From: Octopus sinensis
Lineage: Eukaryota
Direction of reading: 5' to 3'
NCBI RefSeq assembly: GCF_006345805.1
Contig: NC_042999.1
Coordinates: forward strand, 79,732,001-79,796,000
DNA: 64,000 nucleotides
Shown: positions 13,010 to 24,700 of the stretch, one piece after another
Layout: each line of letters begins with the position of its first letter
Numbering within the stretch: position 1 is the stretch's first letter
Program-made: the position numbers and the translations under genes
The notes under the pieces: model-generated
Seen by the model: the letters and a program-made list of their open reading frames with translations, nothing else
The model's database searches: none
What the model was told of the DNA's origin: nothing

Positions 13010-13584
13010 TATATATATATGTATATATGTGCATGCATGTGCGTAAGTGTGAGCCTATACGTATAATGACGCGACAACGAAAGAGTGACAGAAAAACAAG
13101 TATAAGTATGATTTATGTTTGTAATTGACTAACGACAGCTGAAGTGCAGTGATCATGGGATCCCTGAAACAGAAACTTGAAGTCTTGTATGTGAGCTTTC
13201 ATAACTATCATTCAACACACACGCACACACACACTCGCACACACGAACATACACGAACACACGGACACACACACGAATATATTATTTAATATTCGCAGGA
13301 TTTTAATGCGAGCTATTATAAGTTTCATGGCTCTGTTAATACAGAGTCGGGCAACATGGTGTAGCGCGCCGTGTATTTTCAGGCAATGATTCAAACTCAA
13401 AATGCGTAGCTGGCTATACAAGTTTGTAGGACTATTGTATAATTGGAGGCATGAATCTAATAGAAGCTCCCATTTAAATCCTGTTTTATATTAAACGATA
13501 TTTATCCTATCAAGAACTAAAAATACACTATATGTATGTGTACGTGTACATTTTAGTGCATATGTATGATATACAATCATATAT

Positions 13585-13816
13585 ACTCTTTACTTGTTTC
13601 AGTCATTTGATTGCGGCCATGCTGGAGCACCGCCTTTAATCGAGAAACTCGACCCCGGGACTTATTCTTTGTAAGCCCAGTACTTATTCTATCGGTCTCT
13701 TTTGCCGAACTGCTAAGTAACGGGGACATAAACACACCAGCATCGGTTGTCAAGCAATGCTAGGGGGACAAACACAGACACACAAACACACAGACGCACT
13801 ATATATATATATATAT

Positions 13817-13858
<42 letters not shown>

Positions 13859-14015
13859 ATATACGACGGCTTCTTTCAGTTTCCGTCTACCAAATCCACT
13901 CACAAGGCTTTGTCAGCCCAAGGCTATAGTAGAAGACACTTGCCCAAGGTGCCACGCAGTGGGACTGAACCCGGAACCATGTGGCTGGTTAGCAAGCTAC
14001 TTACCACACAGCCAC
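13585..14015 (-). mobile_element. SINE family A, full copy
   Basis: Same head/microsatellite/body layout in reverse orientation. Confidence 0.9.
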
Positions 14016-14658
14016 TATATTATATATATATAATAAATTTAACAATATATAAATATATGTATATATACATACATATACATGCATATATTTACACACATAC
14101 ACATATATGTATATATACATGCATATATGGGTACAGGATATCAAAAAACCGTTGAACATAATAATAATCGAAAACATAAAAACAACATAGAAACGAACTT
14201 TTATTCGAACAACGAAAAAAAAAACAATCATTGAAACGAAACATACAACATAAAGTATATTCCCCTTCTTCAGTTGTCCCTGTTTCAACTACTCCACATT
14301 TCGAAGGCAAATATATATATGTATAAACTATAAAACATTCAGGGAATAAATATAAGCATACAATATTAGACAGGTGTAAGAAAAGAATAGAAGTAGTTAC
14401 CTAAAAACAAAAACTGAAAACACTTTAAAATTTCCTGGGTGATCCCTGTAACTACAGAACTCTCTTTGAAAGTTTGAAATCGGTGTTGATATTTTTAATA
14501 TAAAAACAAATTTTGATACAGTATTTTTTTTTTTATAAATGTGTGAATGTTGATATAGGTATGGCTATACATAAAATACGTAATGGTTACGTAGTAGGGT
14601 ATGTACATACACACAAATATTTCAATACATATATGCATAAAACGCAGACACATATGCT

Positions 14659-14711
<53 letters not shown>

Positions 14712-14753
14712 CACATATACAGTCACACACACACACACCACACACACACACAC

Positions 14754-14797
<44 letters not shown>

Positions 14798-14799
14798 GG

Positions 14800-15180
14800 T
14801 ACAAGCGTGGTTGTGTGTTAAGAAGCTTGCTTCACAACCACATGGTTACACGTTCAGTCCCTCTGCTTGGCGCCGTGGGCAAATGTCTTCTGTTGTAGCC
14901 AGTGGCCGACCAAAGCCTTGTGAGTGGATATGGTAGATGGAGACAGGAAGGGGCCCATCGGATATATGTGTGTGTATCTATATGTATATATGTCTTCGTG
15001 TGTGTGTCTATGTTTCTCTCCTCCATCATCAATTGATAATCGACGTTGGTCACGAGAGACCAATAGAATAGTTAGTAGGCTTACAAAGAATAAGCCCTGG
15101 GATCGATTTCTTCGATTAACCCTTTAAGCCGGTGCTCCAGCATGCAGCAGTCAAATGACTGAAGCGAGGAAAAGAATAAG
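14800..15180 (+). mobile_element. SINE family A, full copy
   Basis: Same head and body as 9027-9482. Confidence 0.88.
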
Positions 15181-15184
15181 TATA

Positions 15185-15225
<41 letters not shown>

Positions 15226-15511
15226 TTTCCATCATATTCTATAGTCGTTTTTCTAGCCTCTATTATAATATCTATTTCTTCCCTTGTTGTTGTTATCATC
15301 ATCATTTTTATTTTACGATCACCTATTATTTCGTAAAATTATTCTTTTGAGGTATACTTGCCATATCAATATGGCTAACCACTAAGGGTGGGTGTTACTG
15401 TAGCTTGTAGCCCCAGGAGAACATCGTCTCCAGCTAGTTTTAGGCAAACTTTCTGTGCCCTTATGGTATTTGCAAAGGTAGGTCACCCTTCCCTCGTCAA
15501 CCTTAATGATA

Positions 15512-15556
15512 CGCACGGACTGCAGTTTCTAGATTTTGACCTGTCATCAGCGTACG
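15512..15556 (-). ncRNA. Minimal type I hammerhead ribozyme motif (left arm)
   Basis: cgtacg-CTGATGA-cagg tcaaaa tcta-GAAA-ctgcag-TC-cgtgcg. Canonical core, GUC site, 6-bp stem I, palindromic ACTGCAGT stem III, stem II with one mismatch. Confidence 0.8.
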
Positions 15557-15696
15557 ACAATCACCGGTTTTCGATGAAAGGGGGTCCCAATGCAAATTCT
15601 TATATCGTTTTTCCAGTAACTTTTCGTCACTGATCTCGAAAAACTATGTGCAAGAATTTGCATTGGGACCCCCTTTCATCGAAAACCTGTGATTGT

Positions 15697-15741
15697 CGTA
15701 CGCTGATGACACGTCAAAACCTAGAAACTGCAGTCCGTGCG
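15697..15741 (+). ncRNA. Minimal type I hammerhead ribozyme motif (right arm)
   Basis: cgtacg-CTGATGA-cacg tcaaaa ccta-GAAA-ctgcag-TC-cgtgcg. Stem II has two mismatches. Confidence 0.75.
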
Positions 15742-16930
15742 TATCACTTAGGTTGACGAGGGAAGGGTGACCTCCCCTTGCAAATACCATAAGTGCACAG
15801 AAAGTGTGCCTAAAACCAGCTGGAGACGATGTTCTCTTGGGGCTACAAGCTACAGTAACACCCACCCTTAGTGGTTAGCCATATTGAGATGGCAAGTATA
15901 CCTCACATTGTCGTGCAGTTGCTGTTTATACCTCGTTCAGAGATTTATTATTGCTATTCTTTTGATATATTTTTTTAATCCTTAGTTTGCTTTCAGGTTA
16001 AATTTACAAATTTAAATTCATAACTCATTCATTGGCTTAAACTTTAACATTCGTTTAATAAAGTTAATTTTAATTTACATTTGATTTTCAACAACTTTAA
16101 CATGACCTCATCCCATTTCAACCTAACGTCTCTCAATCTATCAGCATTTTATATCCTAGCTAATCACAATATGTTTACAACAGATATTCCTTTATGTTCT
16201 AATACAATTTCTCCAAGTATGCGTGATAGCAACAATCACCAAATATTAATGTCATTAATGACCATGTGTATAAATGGCCCATATCAAATTTCAACACGAC
16301 AGTTGGAGAATATCTAATCTATAAACAATGCTAATATGGTAATGTGTGTTGACCTTACTACAAACACTGATGTTTTATGACTGTCCTTTTCCCAAAATTT
16401 TGGCCATCCAATACTCCTACTTCTATTAAGTGACCCCTTTCTCTATGCTTTCCTTACTTCTCTTCACCCCTTTGTAACCTGTTTTCCTCTTTTTTCTCTT
16501 CCACTTGCATCTGCCCTCCGTCCCTCCCACACTCACCATTACTTTAGTGTTCAGCTTGTAATCAGAAAAGGCTCTAATGCAAATAGCATTAATTATTTTA
16601 GGTCGTTCAATTTTCCTCAACTGATCAATAGAACATTTGAGTAACCCTATAATGACTACTGGAAACAACTTCCTCCAATAAAGAAAAAATATGCAATTAC
16701 CATTATTTTTAACTTGTTTTATATATCATTCTGTGTAAAACCAGTTTATCTGGAGCTCTGCGACGGATTTACAATATAGAATTGTGATGATCCACCACCC
16801 CGTACCCTGCCATAAGAATACTTACAGTTCTTCACTGATCTAAATAATATTGTTGGTCTGGTGTGCCAAGAGAAAGCTTATGAAGTATATTACCCAGATT
16901 GATAATCCGTCACTATTATATATATATATC

Positions 16931-16963
<33 letters not shown>

Positions 16964-17199
16964 AATTAAATAATAAGGGTATAAATTGATATAATCAATT
17001 AAAACCAGTGACTTAGCATATTTAAAAAATCCGAAGATTAAAAATTGTGTTACATACAAAATTAAGAGGAATGACCACTAGAGTGGACACCTAATATGCT
17101 AAACATAGACGTCATATCGCCATTACCATGAAGAGTGTGTTCTCAAGATTTTTTCTTGAGATTTTTTATTGAGAACACACTCTTCGTGGTAATGACGAT

Positions 17200-17544
17200 G
17201 CTTTGAACAAATTGCGACCCCACTTAGTCAACAGAATAGACGTCATCTTCCACCATGATAATACTCGTCCTGACACAGCTCGACTGACCAAAGATATTTT
17301 GGAAGCCCTTGGTTGGAAACTATTGCTTCATCCTCCATATTCTCCATACCTTGCCCCTTCTGATTATGATTTGTTTCGGAGATACAGAACCATTTCAATG
17401 GATTTAGGTTGACATCAAGAGAAAAGGTTGAAAAATGGATTGGATTCATATTTCACATCAAGACCTAACGAATAAACATTGTTTTAATCATGGGCTTTTT
17501 CATTTTTTCATAGAGACCTTAAAATCGGCCATTATCTAACCTGA
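17200..17544 (+). mobile_element. Mariner 3' fragment with right TIR (inverted duplicate of the neighbouring copy)
   Basis: FHHDNTRPDTA...HPPYSPYLAPSDYDLF. Ends ...attatctaacctga|TA. Confidence 0.9.
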
Positions 17545-17598
17545 TACATACATATACACACACACATACACACATATGTGTGTGTGTGTGTGTGTGTG

Positions 17599-18850
17599 TG
17601 AGGTTAGATAATGGCCGATTTTAAGGTCTCTATGAAAAAATGAAAAAGCCCATGATTAAAACAATGTTTATTCGTTAACATAATTACCATTGCTTTCTAG
17701 AACTTCATCTGTCAACAGGCTTATAGACGTCACGCATGTAAAACTTTAGGACTTGATGTGAAATATGAATCCAACCCATTTTCAACCTTTTCTCTTGATG
17801 TCAACCTAAATCCATTGAAACGGCTCTGTATCTCCGAAACAAATCATAATCAGAAGGAGCAAGGTCTGGAGAATATGGAGGATGAAGCAATATTTTCCAA
17901 CCACCGGTTTCCAAAATATCTTTGGTCACTCGAACTGTGTCAAGACGAGCATTATCATGGTGGAAGATGACATCTATTCTGTTGACAAAGTAGGGTCGCA
18001 TTTTGTTCAAAGCAGCTTTCAAACGATGAAGTGAATCACAGTAGAGATTAGCAATAAATGTTTGATTGTTGTCTAACAGTTCGTAATGGACAATTCCTTG
18101 AATATCCTGCATTACACTCAACATGATCTTCCTTAGACGAAGTCCTCCTCTTGGTTGTTAAGTAAGTCTTCCTCCTCGACTGATCCACGATTGGCGGCGT
18201 TTAACGTTATGGTAAAGGATCCACTTCTCATCACCTGTAACAAGCCTTCCTAACAATGGTTCCTTAAGGTGTCGTGAAGGCAACGTCTGACAACAAACAA
18301 CACAGTGTTGCAGATTCTCTGGAGACTGTTCATCCAGGACCCATTTTCTAAACACAGAAACCCTTCCGATCCTTTTCAGTTAGCGTATATCAGTTGTATG
18401 GGCTACGTTAAACTCTTCTGCAAGTTCTCTACAAGTAGCGGTTGGATTTTCTTTGCCAAGTGTTTCTAACTCTTCGGAATCAAGTTGTTTTGAATGATCT
18501 TCTTTTGGCTCGTCTTTCAAACTCAAATCCCCACTTCTGCAGCGAGAAAACCATCTCCTGCAACTTCTTTGACTCACTACATCATCCTCATAAACTCTCT
18601 GAAGAGACGTTGCTGCTGCGGTTGCATTGACATCTTTATAAAACTCGTATAGTAAGACATGTCTAATGTAATTTTTAGATGGGACAAACATGGGTGTGAA
18701 TATAGCAGAAGATTACCACCGACACAATTAGAATCTGAAGGGAAAATTGATAAATTACTATTTGTGACATTCTTAAAACATAAAAAAAAACAAAAAAACT
18801 ATCTGAAACTGTTTTCTATACAATCGGCCATTACCTTTGCCCCAACCTGA
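17599..18850 (-). mobile_element. Full-length degenerate mariner (DD34D, Hsmar1/cecropia-like TIR)
   Basis: TIR tcaggttggggcaaaggtaatggccgatt with TA. Motifs IRHVLLYEF...WFSRCRSGD, LVTGDEKWILYHN, FHHDNAR...HPPYSPDLAPSDY. Frameshifted. Confidence 0.93.
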
Positions 18851-18951
18851 TATATATGTATGTGAGGTGTCTGTATGTGTGTATGTGTGTTTGTATATAT
18901 ACGTATATACATACATACATATATATATAGAGAGAGAGACGAATATATGTT

Positions 18952-19006
<55 letters not shown>

Positions 19007-19370
19007 GTGTGTGTGTTGATGAACTGTCTAGAGGAAACGTTATCACAAAGATTCAATCCCGATTCAAATCCATTAGTAGGTGAGTTGGAAGAGAAATGCA
19101 TCGAGTAGGGAAACATTTAAAGGATTTTAAAATATTTTTGACCTAAGTAATGCAAATGCTTTTAACGCAGAAATACGCGTTGGAAAACCTTCTAAGAATT
19201 TGATTACCCGACTAAATTTGTTGATATATTACTAAAATCACTCACTGGCATGAAAGCTTTCTTTGGCAAAAATAGTAAATTATTTAATCTGTATCGTTTC
19301 AAATTTAAATTGAAAACCGTCATAGTGTACGATTTGTACTATACTGATTGTGATCTTTCTGTTCACGCAG

Positions 19371-19485
19371 GGCAAGATGTGGAAAAATAATGAACCGCTT
19401 CTCCGGGTCTATAATGGTTTGGATTTACGATAAGAATAATAAGGTGACTTCAGACCAGTTGTAGTAAAGCTATATGCGTGTCCAG
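19371..19485 (+). other. Candidate exon (115 nt; alternative donor after 19443)
   Basis: Branch-like TACTGAT, pyrimidine tract, CAG acceptor, CAG|GTGAGC donor. All frames stop if the 19485 donor is used. One frame is open to the 19443 donor (ARCGKIMNRFSGSIMVWIYDKNNK). Confidence 0.45.
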
Positions 19486-20772
19486 GTGAGCAGATTTGCT
19501 TGTTTTATGAACCTCAGTTGCACAGTTGTAACCTAAGGAAATTACTAATCAGTTTTCGGATCTGAACTGGCTAGAAATAGTATCTCAAGAGTCACACTTC
19601 TTTCCAAGAAGAAATTAACACGATGATTCTCTCCCTAATATACAAAACGATAGGCTCGTTATGAATAGAATAACTTTGATGATAGGTCTACACTATATAG
19701 ACTAGCATGTGTTGTAAACACAAGCGAAAGGATAAAAACATCAATAACTTAAGTATTTATATGATGGTGTTGTTTACTAGATGTAATATCCTCTGTGTAA
19801 GTACCACGTATTGTTTCTGTTTAGAAACTGTAAGTACCGCTTACTTGTGAGTATCAACATTGTATCTTTGGCTAACATACCATGCAAACAAACAACTCAT
19901 TTCACCTAGCTGTAAATACAAGAAATTGATTGAATTCTTCGATTATTATATCAATTAGTGTTACGTCTACATGAATAGAGCTGTTTGAGTGTATGGTGCA
20001 TTGCCCACGGTCAGCGAATAAAAACTAACCTTTTTCTGTGACATCAGTTGATATAATTATTGAAGAATTAAACCAACTGACTGTTTGATCAGTCGACTTC
20101 TAGATGACAGTGCTATTTGAACTGGGAGTATACATCCAACAGAGATTGACAACATTACAAAAAAGTAGGTAATTACAAAGTAGGCGATGTTCATCAAGGA
20201 GTGGAAGCTACTGGAGAATATATGCTTGTCAACAGAGAAAAGATCTTAGAATATTAATTTCAGCAGAAGACAGTATATCAATAGATGCAGAATGGGAAAA
20301 AAATGAGAAAATATTCATAAGATCGTAAAAAATATGATTTTGGAAAGAACAAGACCGAAATGATATTGGTAAAAGAATAAATATATTAAAAAATAAAGTG
20401 AAGTGGAAACCGTGGCAAAATTAATAAATAATGCTTTAGAAATAAAACAAGCAATATTGGGTGCACATTATTGTAAGTAGCCGAAAATACACACACACAC
20501 ACATTGAGTGACTGAAAAATAGCGTGAGTGGATGAGAAAAAGAGGAATGTGTTCGTGTACTATGTTTTCGGTTCAAACCATGAACACCAGCAAGATTCCT
20601 TTTGCGTTTGGAACAATGTTTACCTGTAAGTTATTACTGACAGGCCACATAACTTTAATAGACTTTCAAGAAAGTTCGAATAATTTTAGGAAGTCAGTTA
20701 AGTTACATGGAGTGGAGATGACAGCTGCGGTTTAGTTCTGGAATTAAGATCTATATATTCTTTTCTACTATA

Positions 20773-21156
20773 GGCATAAGGCCCGAAATTTTGGGGGAGG
20801 GGACCAGTCGATTAGATCGACCCCAGTATACAAGTAGTACTTAATTTATTGACTCCGAAAGGATGAAAGGCAAAGCCGACCTCGGCGGAATTTGAACTCA
20901 GAATGTAAAGATAAATGAAATATCTATTTCTTTACTACCCACAAGGGGCTAAACACAGAGAGGACAAACAAGGACAGACACACGGATTAAGTCGATTATA
21001 TCGACTCCAGTGGGTAACTGGTACTTATTCAATAGACCCTGAAAGGATGAAAGGCAAAGTCGACCTCAGCAGAATTTGAACTCTGAACGTAACGGCAGAC
21101 GAAATACCGCTAAGCATTTCGCCCAGCGTGCTAACGTTTCTGCCAGCTCACCGCCC
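20773..21156 (-). mobile_element. SINE family B, dimeric form
   Basis: tRNA-like head (ggcggtgagctggcagaa...gagttcaaattc), central gcctttcatcctttc.ggg...aagtaccag motif, then a second headless unit. Confidence 0.88.
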
Positions 21157-21292
21157 TCTAAGAGCTATATATTGTTATGGTGATGGATGAATTGGGTGTG
21201 GTGAATGTTTTGTTCCAGCTCGACTGTTAATTGTGCATAAAATCATGATCCTGCTTCTACTAACATCTATTTTACTTTTCCTTATTTTTCAG

Positions 21293-21304
21293 AAAAGGTT
21301 TTTC
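21293..21304 (+). other. Candidate 12-nt microexon (aaaaggtttttc)
   Basis: TACTAAC branch point (21258-64), pyrimidine tract, AG at 21291-92, GTGAGT at 21305. Confidence 0.55.
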
Positions 21305-21419
21305 GTGAGTGCATTTTACCATTGTGCATATTTCAAATAATGAGAGTGATTTGAAGGAAATTCGATTGTTATATGTAGTAGGTCAAGCACAGAAACACAC
21401 ACACATACACACACATATA

Positions 21420-22535
21420 TCGGGTTAAGTAAAAAGTAAGCAACGTTTTGGACCATGAAGGATTTGCACCGGATTTTTGCAGAGTTTTGTCTTTTTAAAC
21501 ATTTTTTGAAGTTGTCTGATAATACAGATATAGACTTGCCCAACTGCACCAATAAATTAACATTGGTATTTTGTTTCACCGTTGTTATAATCATATGAAT
21601 TGGAACTTTCAAAGCGCGATATTCGAGCAATTTTGCTATTCAACTTCAAAATAGGACGTAAAACATCTGAAACTGCTCGCGATATCAATGAAACGTTTGG
21701 TGAGGAAATGACCAATGAGTGGCCAGCTTGAAAATAGTTTAAATGTTTTCGCAGTGGAGACCTAAGCCTTGAAAATCGTGAGCGTAGTGGACAGCCCATC
21801 TATCATCGATGACAGTCAATTAAAAACCGTCATTGAGAAAGATCCACATAAAACCACTAGAGAACTGGCAAAAGAACAAAATTTCAAGTTTGCCAGAAAA
21901 CTGCCTGCAGCTATTTGCATGCGATCAGAAAATCAAAGAAGCTCGACAAATGGTACCACACGATTTAAATGAAAATCAGAAAATGCGCAGGTATGAAATT
22001 TGCTCGTCGTTTCTTCTCCATAACCAGACCGATCCATTTCTCAACCGTAGTGTAACTTGCAATGAAAAGTGGATTCTGTACAATAATAAAAACCGTTCAT
22101 CGCAGTGGTTGGACCAAAATGAAGCATCGAAAGCCTTCACTAAACAGAAGAGGGCCAATAATTCATCATAACAATGCTTGATCACACTTTTCACCAACGA
22201 CGCTCCAGAATTTGAGGGAACTTTGCTACGAAGTTCTTCCCCACTCAGCTTAATCCCCCTGACCTTTCTCCTGCCGACTACCACTTTTTCAAGCACCTTG
22301 TTGGTTTCCTACGAGAGAAGGGGGTTCAAGAAGCAAACCGATGCCGAAAGTACATTAAAAAAGTTCATCACCTCTTGCACTCTAGATTTTTCTGTTAAAA
22401 CAAACTTGTAACTCGTTGGCAAAAATGTATTGATTGTAATGGTATTTACTATGATGAATAAAATTTCCGTATCGGTGAAATATATTGTGATGAATTTCAT
22501 GTTTCAAAACGTTGATTACTTTTTACTCAGCCTGA
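21420..22535 (+). mobile_element. Internally deleted mariner (cecropia/SETMAR-like)
   Basis: TIRs tcgggttaagtaaaaagtaagcaacgttttg / caaaacgttgattactttttactcagcctga, TA on both sides. Motifs IRAILLFNFK, RSVTCNEKWILY, PDLSPADYHFF. Confidence 0.92.
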
Positions 22536-23569
22536 TATATATACATATCTAAGCGAGCATGCTTAAATGTGTATTTGTGTGTGTGTTTGTGCGTGTGTGT
22601 GAGAGTGTGTGTGCGTGCTTGAGCGCGCATATGCATGTGGGTGTGAGTGTATACGTGTGTGATGTGTGTGTGTGTGTATGTATGTGTGTGTGTGTATGTG
22701 TGTTCATAGTTGAAGACAAAAACATTGGCGTATTGAATATTCGATATTAAATGGCCGAGTGGATTTCAAAACAGTCATACATTCGCAAATAATTTAAATT
22801 CAGTTCACACAGAGCATAAATATGTGTGAGTGTGTCTATGCGTGTATGTGTGTGTTCATGTGTAGAAAACAAAGATTATGTACAACGTAATGCTTAAATA
22901 CCAGCTGTAAAAATAAAATTATAGGAAAACAATATCATGAATATTATGCATATTCGTCTGAATATCAACAACATAGTTGAAGAGAAATACCTTCGGGGAG
23001 CACTCGGAATACTAAACACAAATATAGTAGAATCTAGCATATGTAATTACAAAGCGCTGAAAACTTTGATCAACCAGAAACATCGCCGGGAAGGGCTTAA
23101 ACAATCTCAAAAAGAAAGAAACAAGCAAAAAAAAAAATTCCAAACTGAAAACATTACTTCAGTAGTTGATCACAGAGTTTGGATAATATTTCCTGAGCAG
23201 ATTCTAGTAGCAAGCTCTATTGTATGAATTCATTATTTAGTGACTAATGTTGGCCACTGGAATATAAATGGGGACATATATAATAGTATGGAAAAGAATG
23301 CTCGGGAACAGAGACAAAAATATTTGTTAGAAAGTGGAGTAATCAATTGAATCGGTTGATACAGATGTCATTGATTTCGAAGGGATAAAAATTAAATATT
23401 GTTGATTGTCTTGATCCCCAGGTCAAGCTGTTTCCTGATTTCCCGGCTAAATCACAGAGTTATAGCATCGTTATGTCCATCAACTATATTGTAGTCATTT
23501 CTCTTGACCATGGAAATGTCCACCATCATCTGTATTACCTCCATCAATTTCTTGGATAATTTTACTCCC

Positions 23570-24700
23570 TTCCTTCCATCATTCATTCTACGTGCGTCTT
23601 TCAGAAATTACTCTTATATTGATTTAAGATCTTATCATCACAACTATATTAGATCCGCTTCATATATTTCTCTCGATTCTGTTGTCTTTAAGTGAAATTA
23701 TGGTTTTGAGATTCAATTTAAAATGCTCTTTTCTTTTATTTCTTTACAAAGAGCTACTCTCAAACTGATTCCAAATCATCCGCTGTGCCTATGCCACTGA
23801 GCCCATCATTGAGCCCAAATTTTCCGCTGTGCCTATGCCGTCTGGCATTATAGCTGCTCCCTTGCTAACCATATTCAATCTTGGTTATCTTCCACCACGC
23901 TAATTAACCTCTTTAATTTTGCACTTTCACTTTCTCTGATTTGATGCAACTCAGATTCCTCAAATCCTCCCCACTCATGTTTTTGAGACGTGATCAGAAA
24001 CTTTTCAGTGTCATGCTAATCCTTGTTTTCCAAAATGTTCAAGTTCTTAACTTCAAGAAATGCTTGGACATAACAGTATATATACTTGTAAGTAACAGAG
24101 CATGTCTGTTTATTATTTCAATTATCTTCACCATCACCATCATATGGTGGTTAGAACATAGCCAATGAGGCAACAAATGAATAGATCTGTTGGTGATCAG
24201 GCTGATTGATCCGTTCAGGTGTGCTGGAAATTACTCAAATTTAAAACTTGTCCAATGTATTTTTTATTGCCATGCAAAATAATACTATTCTTTCGTTTGT
24301 AGATAGTTACCGTACTTATTCAACAAATTATACGGATATATGTGCGACCAGGAGTTCTCACACTGACAAATACCAACCTCTTCCTCAATCTAATATAGAA
24401 CTGGTAAATTTTTTCCACAACTTTCTTTTTTAATAAGAAGACAAAATGTATTGTACTTTAACATAGTTAACTGCTCTGAATTTGCCAGAGGGTTGAACAC
24501 CTATAAATGTTTAAAACAGTTATAATTTGCTTAAACGTGATAAATTTTCCACTACTTTTTAGATCATTACAGGCCCTCACAGGGAGGATACTGGAACCAC
24601 TATGAGAAAAACTGGACAATATAAGAGCAATGCAATAATATGACTTATACAACGAAATGGAATTAAAATACCCGTTATGCGAAAAACGAAAAGTACCAAA
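23570..24700. mobile_element. Very old CR1/L2/Jockey-group LINE remnants
   Basis: Short RT-like motifs (IAAPLLTIFNLGYLP; VLNFKKCLD), heavily decayed. Confidence 0.4.

Larger units (their letters stand above)
15348..15905. repeat. 558-bp palindrome: two 254-bp inverted arms (15348-15601, 15652-15905), 50-nt spacer
   Basis: Manual alignment gives about 12 mismatches between arms. No TSD found. Confidence 0.97.

Noticed and set aside
15388-15865. Two near-identical 73-81 aa ORFs on opposite strands
   Set aside because: A consequence of the palindrome. No recognisable protein.
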